Positions 48,771-64,000 of a stretch of 64,000 bases of DNA are shown in pieces (the stretch's first letter is position 1; every line of letters starts with the position of its first letter). Made by a program: the position numbers and the translations under genes. The notes under the pieces were generated by a model. That model did not search any database. It was given only the letters and a program-made list of their open reading frames with translations, and was not told the origin of the DNA. Source of the DNA: the human T2T-CHM13v2.0 reference genome, Homo sapiens; assembly GCF_009914755.1 (NCBI RefSeq), contig NC_060941.1, one strand, 5' to 3'.

Positions 48771-49751
48771 ACCTGTTCCTCACCCTGTGGTGTAGAAAAA
48801 TAGATAACATACCCCTACTCAGATAGACACATGTATGTGAGCAGGTAATCACAGCCTGGTGTAGACAGACCCTTGCCCACACCCCATTTGGAGCATTTGT
48901 ATGTTTTAGACCCACATTTCTGCCCCTCCAGACACTCTAGCTGACATATATACACAACTTCAATTATACTTTCAGCACACACATTTTGATGTCTACCATG
49001 TGCCAAGCACTGTGGTGGTACAAAAATGAGCACGGGGAGGCCTTTACCCTCAATCTGGGTGGGCAGGGCTCTCTCCCTCTAGGAGGCTCCCCAGGGACCT
49101 TGGGCTGGTAAGACACTGATCTGATGTTGGGTAGGTTGGATTAAGTTCTAAATAGAGACACACATCAGGAGGCCTTGGAGATAGGGGTGCTGGTGCTGCC
49201 TGGGACTCTTGAGTCACTTGGCTGGGAGTTGAAAGTAGCCTGAGAATGTACCTCTCCAACTCCTCATCTTACAGAGGCCCATGGAGGGAAACTGACCTGC
49301 CTAGGAACACACAGGGGAAACACAGAACTGGGCCTAGAATTCAGGCACTTGACCCACAGACCAGTACTCCACTTATAAGCCCACAATCTGCCTCAGTGGT
49401 CTCTAAAAATAAGCCTACCATGCTTCCCTTCATTCACGAATCCTGGGTCTGCAAGGCGAATCCCATCTCTGGCAGATAGTCGTGGTGGGGAGATTCTGGG
49501 CATGGCAGAGAAAGAGGCCAAAGGATGGGCTTCAGGTAGGGCAGAGACTCAGGAGTGCTGGCCAGCCTCCACCAAGTTTGGGCACAGCCTCCAAGGCTTT
49601 GCAATCCTTTTACTGAAGCAGGGTCCTCAATCCTGACTAGTAGCCTTTTTCCTGGAGTCTCCTGGCTCTGTGATATTTCAATTACATGCCCATGCTCTGG
49701 GCTTCTGATTCCTGGCCAACCCCATTACCAACTTAAAAAAATGTTGGTCCC

Positions 49752-50399
<648 letters not shown>

Positions 50400-53300
50400 T
50401 CATCTGTAAGATGGGATAAATTATGCTACACCTTCATAGGGTTGTTGTTAATACTAAATGGGATAATCCATTCCATGAATGAGCCTCCAATAAATGCCAA
50501 CTCTTAATTAAAACACCTTGGGAACTGTAAAATGCTTTACAATATTAATTTTTTTTGCTCATACCCCTCCCCACACACATTCAGAATGCTTGGTCTATAT
50601 AGAAATTGAATTTTTGTTGAATTGATGGGCGAGTGAATGGATGAATAAGTGAATAAATGCTTCCTTAGGGGAGAAAGTTTTCTCTCCCTGCCTTCTCCCT
50701 TGGACCCTGAGGGCTGGGTTAAACGCTTCAGGGGTCTCACAGGCAGGAGGCAAAAACTTGTTCAGGATAGGGGAGCCCTTGGTTGGGGGGTTCCTGCCAC
50801 CCTTCCGGCCACCTGTCAGGAATGACCTCAACTCTCTGGGTCTGAGAAGCTCCCCTCAGTCACCCAGAGAAGGAGGTCTGAGGTTGGGGGTGTGCACCTG
50901 GGGACTTCATCCCTTTCGCTCTGTCTCCTGCCCCTGTCTTTTCTTCCTTCAGAAAAATGGAACAAGTTTTTCTCACTCGACACATTTCAACTTTTTTTTA
51001 GAAGATACAATAAAAACCAGGGGAAAATTGGAACAGAGGGAGGTGTGGGATGGGCCTGCTTCAGACATGGGCTTGAAAGAGGCACAACACGTGTGTTCAC
51101 ATACACACAAGCAAGCATGAACACGCAGGGACATACGCGCGCCTCTCTGTGCACCAGAGATGCAGAGATGCAGTGACGGAGAGACAGAAAGAGCCAGAAA
51201 TGGAAGGAAGGAGACGGAAGGAGAAGGACACCCAGAGATGCCATCTGTTCCTCCCCCTGGCATTGGGGGAAGGGAGTTGGTGAGGGGCCTGGTCCCCTCC
51301 AGGTCTCTGAGAGAAAAAAGGGAGTGATGGGCACCTCAGCCAGGCCTGGAAGGCCCCCATTGCTGCTGCCCACTCCTCTTGGAAGGAGCTAGGAGCTGGG
51401 GGGCCTGAGGTTCCCATGGAGACATAGCCCCATCCCAAGGGAGGCCACAGTCTGGGCACCTAAAATGGCTGCCTCAGAGGGGTGGCAGCCATTTTGTACA
51501 GGCTCAGGTCCTGGGGGCAGGGGTGAGGGGGGCAGAGTGTGTGTGGAGGGGAGGTGGGAGGTCATACCTGAGCAGTCTGGGGGACTCTTGCTCAGGGGAC
51601 AGGAAGAGTGTTCTAGAAACTGCTCTTGTTATACCCCCGCTCCACCAAAATACATACATAAATCTTTAACTGCTCCACTCCATTCTGACACCCAGAAAGA
51701 CAGCTAGCCAGTCACCACCCCCTCAATAAGATTGGTGGGGGCAAATGTGCTGAAGGAGACTTCATTTCCCACCAAAGCTCCAGGCAGGGAGAGGGGCGGC
51801 AGGTGGATCAAACCCAGGTGTCCAGCCCCTGGCCTCAGCCACACATCTATCCACCTCCTGGGGCCTCTCTGGGCTGAGTGGGGCCAGCAGGTGAGAACCC
51901 AGCGAGCTTGGGAGCACGGGGAGGGAAGGGGCCACCTGTCTTCTCACCCCCCTCCTCAGATTTGAGGGGAAGGGCAGGAATTTGGAGATCCTTGAGGGAC
52001 CTGTGTTCCTGCCATTAGCCGTGCTATGGGGGGAGGAGGAAAGGGAGGGGGCAGGCTGGCACTGCCCAGCAGTGTTCCAGCAGTTCAGGATGCTCGAAGA
52101 TTCCTCCTAAAGCATCGGAGCACCTGCCACCTCCCTCCCCAGCCCCTGCCTCACATCAAGTCCAAAGGATGCTGGGGGAGGGGGACCTGCAGCTTCTTCC
52201 TGGCTCTGGGGTGGGCACCTGCCCCACTGCCCCCTCCTCCCCGCCCGCCGCAGTATGCCGGGGAGCGGCGGGCACGCCAGATGGCGTGGCTGAGAATGCG
52301 GCGACGTTGCCGGGAGGTGAGGGCTGGCACGGGTGATATGCGGCTGCGTGCCTTGTGGTGCCATGGGGGAGGGGAGGGCAGGGCCAGTGAGGTGTAGCCC
52401 CCTCCTCCGTGCTGACCTCCTGTCCTGACCTCCACTCACCGCCAGGATTCTCTTCAACTTCCTCCGCCTGCTCCCTGGGCTCCCACTGTGGGCCTAGACC
52501 CCACCCAAAGATGGGTGGGACCAGCCTGATGCTGAGAGACCGAGGTCAGACCTCTGTTGCATCCTTGTCCCCCTGTCCCACCCCCAATCAGGGACAAAGG
52601 ATGGATAGAGGAGACCCACCAGTCCTGCACCAAAGCCAGCCCCCTCCGAATTGTTTCCTTGCTCTAAAGGTGGCGTGACCTTTGCTCCCGTAACCTTTGA
52701 CTTCTGGCCTCTGAACCCTGTTTTTCTGAGAAGAGCTCTTTCCCTGATGGGCACTGGTCTCTGAGTTTCCCTTTGGTCAAATGCATTCTCATTCCTCACT
52801 AAGATGCTTCCTGGACACCTCCTCCTGGGAGCCTTCCCTGACCTCCCCAGGCAGGGGAGCTTACCACCCTTTGTTAGAAGGACCCATTTACCCATCTGTC
52901 TCCTTGCCTGGACCCTGGTGACGACTTGTTCTGTATCTCTTTAGTCTCAAGCTTCGTGCTGGGCAACATAGTGAGACTCCTGTCTCTTAAAAAAAAAAAA
53001 AAGCCCAAGAAAGAGTCCGCACCCTTTATGCCAGGCAGTCCTTCCCAGGTCCATGCCTGGGGCTGATTCAACCTGCCTGGTGCCACGCACATAGCTCTCA
53101 CTGAGTTGGTGCTTAATAAATGCTTGTTGCATTAATGCCCAGCTGGGCCAGAAACTTTGGGTCCTGGAACCTTTCTCCTGAGACTCTCCTAAAGCAGAAA
53201 GGCTGAGGGTCCCGGTCAAGCCCAGAGTCCTCAGCCCCTTCCCTTGCCTTTTGCACAAATTGCAGTCTGAGGAGGTGGACTTGGGATGGGGGTCACAGAT

Positions 53301-53557
53301 TCCCCCCAAAGTAGGGTGAGGAGGCTGAGCCTGGGACTGCCAGACTCTTGCTCCCTGGTACCAGGCCATGATCCTGAGGCCACAGGGCCTGCCCTGCTGT
53401 GGACCCCCTGCTTGGTCACCACACCTTCACCTTTCAGCAGGCTCAGAACCCCCTCCTTCTTACCCCACGACATTCTTGCCCTGCATGGGGCACTCTGAGG
53501 AGAGATGAGGTCCAGGGACACAGCTGCGTCCTGCTCCCGCTGCTGCATCTCTGCTGA

Positions 53558-53936
<379 letters not shown>

Positions 53937-54574
53937 TGGCCCTGACTTCTTAAGGGCCCTTGCTCCTCTGGCTTACCTCACGGGACCAAGGCTACCCACC
54001 CTGCACATCCTATCCAAAATGCAAATACCATGCAAACATGGTATTTGCCTACTCTGGTGCCTTCCATGGCTCCCAGTGTCCCTAAGATGAGGCCATGCTC
54101 TTTAGGGACACCCCTGATTTGGCTGCTGCTTTTATCTGTGCCCTCAGCAGCTCCAACTATTTCTGGATTTACAAGCCTCATGCCTAGTAATCTTTGTTCA
54201 GGCTGTTCTGTCTTCCTGAGGTGTCCAGTCCAGCTTCCTCACCCCTTAAGCCTAAGCATCACCTCCTCCAGGAAGCCGCTCTGGGCAGCACATTTCACGA
54301 AGGCAGGAACTGGACCCAGAGCCTGGCACACAGAATATCCTCAATATATAGCTGTGGCACCAAGATCTGTCCTGCTCCTGTTGGGAGGGTGGTGGTGTCA
54401 GTTCTTCTGCCCCCAAAATGGAAGGCTGCAAGCCAGCACAGGACCTCTACCCACAGGAAGTCCCTCCTCAAAATCTTCCCTCTTTTCTCTTCAGCTTCCC
54501 CACCAATATCAGCACTGACATGGAATGTCAGTTTTCCCCTCTGTAAAATGGGCGTGCTAATAAGCTTCAAATGA

Positions 54575-55045
<471 letters not shown>

Positions 55046-55757
55046 TGATATGTCTTGTTCCAGCCCCTCCCAAACCCACTCCCAGAGTCCATACAGGAAG
55101 GCAGAGGAACAGGGAGCTCAAGGTGGCAACTGTACCAGAGTTAGCAGCGTTGTGACCTTGGTCAGATCATGTAACCCCCTGCTTCCTCATCTGTAAAATG
55201 GGACTAGCACCACGGTTCACCTGGTCACCTGCAGTTCAGCACTGATGGGAGGAACAAAAGGACGGCAGGTTATGAAGTGCGCACTTGGGTGGCCAAGTGC
55301 TGGCGGATGGGGGTTGGGGAACTCCTCCCTGATGCTGCAGCGCAGGGCAGTGGGGACAGCACAGGACCAGGCTGCATCCTGGGCCCTCTTTCCTTAGGGC
55401 GGGCTCTGTTGTGACCTTCCCTGTGACCTGGGCATTTCCCAGTTTCTGCCCCTGGAAATCAGAGCCAGGGATCTGGGCTGGGGAATTTTAGGGGCTTGGT
55501 GCTGGACTATTCCCTGAAACGTCCCTTGAGCGCATGGGTGCAGGGGACATATGGGCCTGACAGTAGGCACGGATGACCCACACCATAGTGGTGATGCTAG
55601 TGCTCAGGAGGACAGCCCCAAAAGGTCACTGGGGCAGAATGTATGGTGTGTGCAGGACACTGTGGTCAGGGCAGGAGGTCACAATTTAACCAGAGATCTC
55701 TTGAGTCAGCCCCAGGAGTGGACCTGGGAAGGACTGCCTGGCATGAAGGGTGGAGAT

Positions 55758-56204
<447 letters not shown>

Positions 56205-56269
56205 TGACTTTTTAATTGGGGTCCACAGGGAGGGAAGGGAATAGTCTAGAGAGGTAGGGTCTCATGGGC

Positions 56270-56680
56270 TCACTCCCCATTTTACAGATGAAGAAGCCAC
56301 AGAGAGGGGAAGCAACCTGCCTTGTGTCACACAATAAGTGAGTGGCAGAGCTGGGACTGGAAACCAGGACTCTGTTGCCACTTTGGGGTCCTCTCATTCC
56401 CAGAGCCTCAGCACTCTGTGTGATAACATACTTATTAATGTAATAATGACAATGGTGAGTGCTATCTGTGCCAGGCACTGGCCTTCACAGGAATCATTTT
56501 ATTCTTGACAAGACATCTGTGGGAGGGATTCCTAGTACCACCACTTAAAGACCAGGATGCTGAAGCACAGAGAGGTTGCCGTCAAGGCTGATGTGTCAAG
56601 GTCACATAGCTAGAAAGTGGCAGAGCTGGGATTTGAACCAAGTTTGACTTGACTCCAGGGCTCATGCTCTTACTATTATA
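56270..56680 (-). mobile_element. Two MIR remnants
   Basis: CCCATTTTACAGATGAAGAA... and ...AAGGTCACATAGCTAGAAAGTGGCAGAGCTGGGATTTGAACC. Confidence 0.75.
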
Positions 56681-57239
56681 AAGTGTGTCCCTTTCTCTGA
56701 AACCGCTGTGGTCTCCACACCGTAGGACCAGCAGACCCCGCAATGGAGAGGGAAAGGAGGGTGCCCTGGGAAGGACTTGTGCCCAGGGTTTGCCCTCTGG
56801 CAACTGGCCTCTGGCCAGGTCCCCAAGTCACAGGAGCCATGATGCCCTGGCCTGGATCTATCAAGTTCTGCTCATGGGTGGGTAGGTGGGTGGAGGCTGC
56901 TTCTAAACACAGAGAGGGAGCAGTCACATTAACCATGGAGTTTTTCCACCCTGTATATACCACTTTCCTCAGCTTCTTCAGAAGACTCCCTCCTAGCCCT
57001 TGCAGACTCAGTGAGGTGCTGCCTCCACCAGGAAGTCCTCCCTGATGTCCCCTGATGGCGCTCCAGCCTCTGGCCCTTGGCACCGCGTTGAACATTTGGG
57101 GATGGACAGACCAGCTTCAGGAGCCCCAGCTTCACCACTTGCTCACCAGCTACCTGCAGCCCCCGCCCCCGTCTGCCCTCCTGTCTGTAAAATGGGAATA
57201 AGAAGCCCTGCCTCACAAAATCTTTGCAAGGAGGAGCAG

Positions 57240-58330
57240 CGGCGTCCTAGGAGCAAGCACCTGGCGCCCGGTGAGCCCCCGCCACTCGCTCCTTCTCCTC
57301 CTTGTCCTTCTCCTGGCTTGCTCCCGGTTCTCTCCTCGCCACCCCCGCCCCGCGCCTGGCACGGCGCCCGGCGCGCCCCAGCCGCCCAATCCCGGCTCGC
57401 AGCCCTGACTTCCTGCCCGCCGGGCTCCCTCGGCACGTGCCCCGCGCCCCATGGGACCGCGCGCCCTCCCGGGGCGGCCTCCCCGCGGCCTCCCGCTTGG
57501 GGGAGCCGGGCTTGGGGGAGCGGGTCGCCCCGGCTCGGAGGTGGGGTCGGCGGGGGCCGGGCGGGCCGGCCGCGGCGGCGGGAAGGGGACGCTGCCCCTT
57601 TAAGGTGCCACCGCCGCGTGGCAGGGAAACAGCTTGTGCCAGCCCCATTCCGCCCGGCTCCGTTCGCTACAAGAAACACAATGCATAACAATCAGGCGCG
57701 CGCTTGGAGCCATGCCACGCGGCGGGGGCGGGGCGGGGCCGCGCGCCGGGCGGGGCGGGGGCTCCGGGGTCTCGGCCCCCGACCTGCGTCCTGGGCCCGC
57801 AGGGGAGTCCTGCCCCATGCTCCCGGGCGGGGCCGCCCTGTGCCCCAGCGAGGTGCCCCGGTGCCCCCCGCCTCGCCCGCGCTTGCCCCTCCCTCCCCGC
57901 CATCTCGCTCCCTACAAAGTTCATTCCCACTAACTCTTTTCCAGGCCACTTCCCCCTCACATCTGACAATCGGGGCCCCTCATTCTCCCAGTAATCACTC
58001 CACTGCACTAATTGCACATGCAAATATGCAAATGCGTATTAATTAATTACTATACTAATTAGTTCTGTGGTATTTGCGAGTAATAAATCATTGGATGGGA
58101 GCGAGGAAGCTGGAGACCTGGCCCATTTTCATTCTGCATAAAATTTTAATGGTCTCTCTGGCTGATCCGGGACGGCAGCGCGCGGAGAGGCTCTTAAAGG
58201 GCCAGTGGCGGCGGGAAGGGGCAGCGGTGGGGATCGCCGTTGACCCCGGCGGGGACTGGCACCCTAGAAGGAGTTGGAGATGCGGCCTCACATTCTGCAG
58301 GGGCCGTCTCCGGCGTGCGGTGGCTTCTGC
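57240..58330. promoter_or_regulatory. Upstream CpG island with an AT-rich enhancer-like core (~57955-58170)
   Basis: CpG-dense flanks with GC boxes (57725-57760). The core has CATCTG-ACAAT, tandem ATGCAAAT octamers and TAATTA arrays. Confidence 0.75.
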
Positions 58331-59884
58331 CTCCCCCTCTGGGGCTCAGTGTCCTCCTTAGTGGCTTCTAAGGAGAGAACCTGGGCGGGGACCAGGAGCT
58401 GAACTAGGATTCTTTAAGAAAGGAAAGAGGTCTAGGAGATGTGAGAGGCCAATGCCAAGGCTTTGGGGCCCCAGGTAGCCTGGGAGACAGGAATGAAGAC
58501 TCCATCTCCTGGATGGCTGAGTAAACTGAGGCACAGGACAGGCAAATCTTAGCTCCCACCCCTCTTCTCCCAAGGGGAAGGAAGCTAGAGGGATGTTCTG
58601 GTTGGCCCCAGCCTTTTCTTATATCTGGTGGGCGCCACAAGGTTGGGGGTGCCTCCAGCTTTCCCCTTCCACACGATCAAACCGCTGCCCCGCCCCCATG
58701 GGCACCAGCTGGCACCCTGGCAGAGTAGTCCTGGGCTTGAGTGGGCCCTGGGGACCCTGCTTTATTTCCAGGAGGTAGTCAGGACCCGGGCACAGGGAGG
58801 GGGCTGGCTGCTTTGCAGGGCCATTGACTGGGGGAGGCAGACAGAACCAGTTGTGCTCATGCCAGGGCGTAGGAGGATGCCAGAGGTGGGCACCTTAAGG
58901 AGGTGGGGACTGTGGGCCTGTCCTGAGCCGGTATTCCCCGTGCCAGGGTCTCTAGTCTGGTTCTGCTCAGCCTCCAACCTTCTGCCATCAACAAGCCCCT
59001 GGATAAGGCACAGCCTAAGGAGGGTCAGTGCTCTAGTGGGGGCCGATGATAATGACAGCAACTAACAAGACTATTAACTCGGCAAACATTTATTTAGCTG
59101 GAGAACTGTTCAGCAAGCTCTAGGTGCCTCACGACCCCCCAGTGACACAAGTTCTGTTACAGTCTCCGTTTTAAGGATGGAGAAACAGGGGCACACGAAG
59201 GTTAAGCAACCTGCTCAAGGTCACCCAGCTGTGAGTAGTGGAGTGGAGTTTGAACCCAGACAGTCCAGCTGTGTGTGGGTTCTTTCCAGCACACCACCTC
59301 TCCCCACCACCATTTCTGCAGCTCCTGCTCTGAACCACATCCTTTGCTAAGAACTTCATGGGCAGTATCCCATCCAAACCTTGCAACAACCCAGAAGGTA
59401 GGTTCTGGAATTATCTCCATGTGGAACACAAGGCTCAGAGAGGTTGACTAAGCTGCTCTGGAACACACAGGGAAGATGTAGCAAGGCCAGGCTCACACCT
59501 GGCTTGTGTGAGGGCAGAGTCCAACAGAGTCCTCCAGGCCCTCTGATCCCTCCCCATCTCTGCCCCTGCTGGGATCTCTGCCTCCTGGAAGAGCAAGAGG
59601 GCGTTGTGGTAGCCCCTGATGACTAGAGAAATGGAAGGGCTTTCAGTTAGATGGTAGAGAGAACTTGCTTCTTGAAAGGTGGGAGCTCCAGGGGCTGGGG
59701 TGGGATGGAGCCTTTTCTTCCTTTCCCAGACAGGCCAAGGAAGGGCCTTGGCTGTGTAGTGGGAGATGGGTGGGGATGGGGGTGGAGGGGTGGGGGAGAA
59801 CAGAAGGGCCCAGAATGATAAAGCCTTGTGAGGACCACAGAACTCAGGAATCCTGGCTGGGTTTTAAAAATTTTGTCCCTGATA

Positions 59885-60187
59885 GGCCGGACGCGGTGGC
59901 TCCCACCTGTAATCCCAGCATTTTGGGAGGCCAAGGCGGGCAGATCACTTGAGGTCAGGTGTTCGAGACCAGCCTGGCCAACATGGTGAAACCCTGTGTC
60001 TACTAAAAATACAAAAATTAGCCGGGTGTGGTGGCGGGCATCTGTAATCTCAGCTACTTGGAAGGCTGAGTCAGGAGAATTGCTTGAACCTGGGAGGCGG
60101 AGGTTGCGGTGAGCCAAGATCACTGCCACTGCACTCCAGCTTGGGCGACAAGAGCAAGACTCCATCTCAAAAAAAAAGAAAAAAAAA
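59885..60187 (+). mobile_element. Alu
   Basis: TSD AAAAAT(T)TTGTCCCTG. Confidence 0.95.
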
Positions 60188-61647
60188 TTTGTCCCTGCAT
60201 TCCTACCTGCCCCCCACCCATTGCCCCTGGAAATGTCTTGGGCACCCCCACCTCAAGAATTGCTATTTGGGTTTCCTATTTGGGTTTTCCAGGAGCTTCG
60301 GTCTCCAGCAGGGGGATGAGAAGATAATACTAAGCAACACTTTGTAATAAATCACTTGTTTTTTTAAACTGTGTGCTTATGAGCATCAACTTGCTTAGTT
60401 TTCATAATTCTATTGTTATCCCCGTTTTATAAATGGAGACACCGAGGAAGGAAAGACAGGTTAAATGATGTGGCCAAGGTCACACAGCTACTAAGTGGTA
60501 GAACTGGGACTTGAGCTTCTGAGCTGGGGTGCTTCACCACCCTGCACACGCTGAGCCAGATTGACCCCCTTGCCCAGCAGTCAGGGATCATGGTGGCAGG
60601 TGGCCTTTCACCCTGGGTCCCTTTGGAACTTGCAGATGCAAGGAGAAAGAACAGGCCTCAAGCCCGCAGTTCACATGGCCCCTCCCCATGTGAATTTTCA
60701 TGGTGCTGTTTATATGCTAGCAGAAGCTGGGCAAAGTGAGTATTCAGGTGGCCCTGATCCCTCCACACTGGAGCCTCAGGACGGGTGGGCACTGGGAGCT
60801 CCAGAACAGGATGCTATCCCAGCATCTCTTGCCCCCTGCCAGCCCACCCTTGAGAGCACAGCAGGGTCAGGGAGTCAGTCTATTAGCATCTGTCAGGGGG
60901 ACCACCCTGAGACAGAACACTGGGATTCCCATGATCTCAGGGTCCCCTTACCTCCTGGTGGCTCAGGGGGACTTCCCCAGGGAATCTGGACACCCTCATT
61001 TCCCCAAAACTAGAGAAACCTTTGACACCCACCTTCTGGACCTGAAAGTCGGGTGGGATATGGGGGTTGTGGGACTTAGGGAGGGATGGCCCTTGGGCTG
61101 CAGCCCATTAGGAAAGAAAACCCATCCCTGTCTCAGCACTCCACTGAAGACCAGAGAATCGGGGTTCATCAGGGTCCACACCCCTGCCCCCACCCACCTG
61201 CCCTGCAAGATGCCCAGTTTCTGGGTGAATGGGAGCAAGTTGGAGAGGTTGGGGGAAGAAGGCAGGAAGGGCAGGCTGGCGGCTCTGAGCTTCTCCATGC
61301 AGCCCCCGGGGCCGGGTGCCTGGGCAGGAGGACGGGGCAGAGCAGCTGCTGGCGATTTATTAAGCAGTCACGGAAAAATTGGTTTATAAATTAACAGCTG
61401 TTTTAACTTTAGGGCCTCTTCTTCAGGGAATGGAAGCAGCCGACTGGACCGGGATTGGAGTGTGTGTAAGGCTGGTGGAGGGAGTGGGAGGCGGGGGGCT
61501 CCGGCAGCTGGCATTCTTCGGGGGCAGCCTCAGCTGGCACCTCGGGGGGCACCAGGCAGTGGCCAGAGCAGGGGGTCTCCAGGTGCCGGGGACTGAGGCT
61601 ACCCCTGCTGTGGGCTGCAGCTTGCTCTCTTCTCAACTTCCCAGCTC

Positions 61648-61709
61648 CCACCTGGGGGCGCCAGAGGGCACATATACTGCTGTACTCGTTTGTGCCACCA
61701 GAGGGCAGC
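61648..61709 (+). promoter_or_regulatory. CTCF motif cluster
   Basis: TGCCACCAGAGGGCAGC (61693-61709) preceded by TGCTGTACT (61678-61686); further cores CCACCTGGGGGCGC (61648-61661) and CGCCAGAGGGCAC (~61659-61671). Confidence 0.75.
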
Positions 61710-62115
61710 CTCCGCACATCGATCTCTACTGCTTCCGAGAACTGTCCAAACCGGCGGGACTGAGAGAGAGAAACCTGGTCCAGGGCAGAGAAAGAGAGGA
61801 GCCCACTGCAGTGCGTGCAAGCGATCTTCCACGCGTCCATCCTGAATGTGTTAAAAGCAGCAGTTAAAGAGGGAGGGCTCTGGAGTTGGACTGTTTGCGT
61901 TTGAACCCAGACTCTGGGCAAAAGCTGCTGAACCTCTCTGAATCTAATAGCCTCATCTGTGAATTGGAAGGATACTAGCGAGGATTAAATGAGAGTGCAT
62001 AGGAAGGGCCTAGCCCCGGTGCCCAGCACAGAGGCTCCATATGTGTCACCGTTGTCAATTTCTGACTCATGTATTCATCTATTCATTCACTTCTCAAACC
62101 ATCCTCTCGGCGTCA

Positions 62116-62511
<396 letters not shown>

Positions 62512-62519
62512 TCAAAATA

Positions 62520-62727
62520 GTGTGCTAAGAGTTACGATACACCCAATGAGGGGAGAAGGGAGATTGACTTGGATGGGGCAAAAACGAACGTTCTGGGGTG
62601 ACAGAAACATTATATATCTGTATTGTGGTGGTCAAATGCTATATAAATTTCCAAAAACTCATTGAAATGTATATTTAACACTTTATTGTAGGCAAACTGT
62701 AACTCAACAAAGCTGATTTGAAAAAAA
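62520..62727 (+). mobile_element. L1M 3' end remnant
   Basis: TTCTGGGGTGACAGAAACATT...AAAACTCATTGAAATGTATA...CTCAACAAAGCTGATT. Confidence 0.75.
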
Positions 62728-64000
62728 GCACCTAAGCACCCAATGTGAATTTACTGAATGGGCAAAGGGATGGACGATGGGTGAATGAATGAATGAGTGC
62801 ATGTGTAAATGAGTGTCTCAGATGGTTGTCCACCTGTCTTGGTGCCACCACTGCTCCTACTGAGGGTGTCCTTGCCCTCTCCTCTCGGGTACACGGGTTT
62901 CCCCAGAGAGGTGGGTCTTGGAATTCCTCTTCCTCCCGCGTCCCCCCTTCTCCCTTCCCCCAAGGGCAGGGAAAGACACCCCAGTGCTCCCAGCCAGCAC
63001 TCCCCGGCTCCTCTAAGGGTGTTTCCTGGGACTTCCGGGGCCTCCCTTCCAGCTGCCACATGCCAACCCAGCCGGCTCCGGCTCAGCTCTGTGGTGCCAA
63101 GGTCACGGGTGTGATGCCCAACTCCAGACCCACAGTGCCTGCAGCAGCCACCCAAACCCTGGCCGACTCCGCCACCTGCCGGCTCTTTCTGGAAGCGCAT
63201 CCCGAGAGCTCTAAGCGGGAACCTCGGTCAAGGGCTATCAGGAACCCTGCCCTGGCGGGGGCTTTATTTTTCTTCCTATTGAATAGTCACAGCCACCATG
63301 TGAGGTGGGCTCTGAAGCATAAGGAAACTGAGGCACAGAGAGTAGCTAAGAAATGTGTCCAATTTCACACAGTAAATTACAGATCTGAAATTCTACCCAG
63401 GGCTGGGACTTCCCAGTTGATGTTCTGTCCAGGTAAACACATCTTGCTTGGGAGGAGGGAGGGACAGATCCCAGTGTCCCTTCTCCCCCCATCCGGGGAA
63501 GAGGGCAAAGGCCTCACACCACCCTCCCAGATTTTCCCTCCAAAGGTGAATGCAGGGCCTCCTGCACGCCAGGCCCCGCGGCAGGCATCCAGCAATGGCG
63601 TGAAGATACATGTTGGGAAAGAAACGCCTCAAAATAGTGTGCTCAGACCTATGGTACATTAATAGACACCCTACCGTCAACTTTTTCTGTCAGTCCAAGC
63701 AGAGAGACCCACAGTTCAATCAGAGTTACGTCAAATGAGGTCTTGAATTTGTTCCTTGGACCCAACCGCCTGTGCTTCTAACCCAAGAATAATAACCAAG
63801 GAGTGGCATATTATTTTTACATCTTATTTGCATATGATTAATTCTAAGTCAAAGTGAATGCAGGGCACCCTGGCCCCTTGCTTCTCAGTGCCCTCCCACC
63901 CCCACCCTGTGCCTGGTCCTAGCCATCTCCCCCAGCCCCTGCCGGACTCCACTGTCCCCAGCAGCCCCTCCCCACTCCTTGCCCCTGCCCACCCCTCCTC

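Overview
Primate (almost certainly human) Alu-rich genomic DNA containing one protein-coding gene, NEUROD2, a neurogenic bHLH factor on the minus strand. It has a non-coding exon 1 (~47292-47495), a ~1.1 kb intron, and an exon 2 carrying the whole 382-aa CDS (45015-46163) plus a ~1.7 kb 3' UTR. From memory (not verified) this is the 17q12 interval between CDK12 and PPP1R1B. The rest is intergenic: about 35 Alus (several nested), MIR/L2/L1/MLT1 remnants, several CpG islands, and many short AT-rich, motif-dense blocks that look like neural enhancers. The other ORFs in the track appear to be Alu-derived or GC-rich shadows. I see no new protein system; the interesting signal is regulatory. Main points: a near-consensus REST/RE1 silencer at 32088; a tandem CTCF cluster at ~61650-61710; four upstream AUGs in exon 1; a 3' UTR AAUAAA overlapping a miR-137 8mer, plus miR-153 and paired miR-210 sites; an orphan CpG island with (GGC)8 leading into a Kozak-context ATG; a possible pair of spliced terminal exons for an upstream + strand gene; and an inverted templated duplication. 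All motif calls were made by eye and are predictions.
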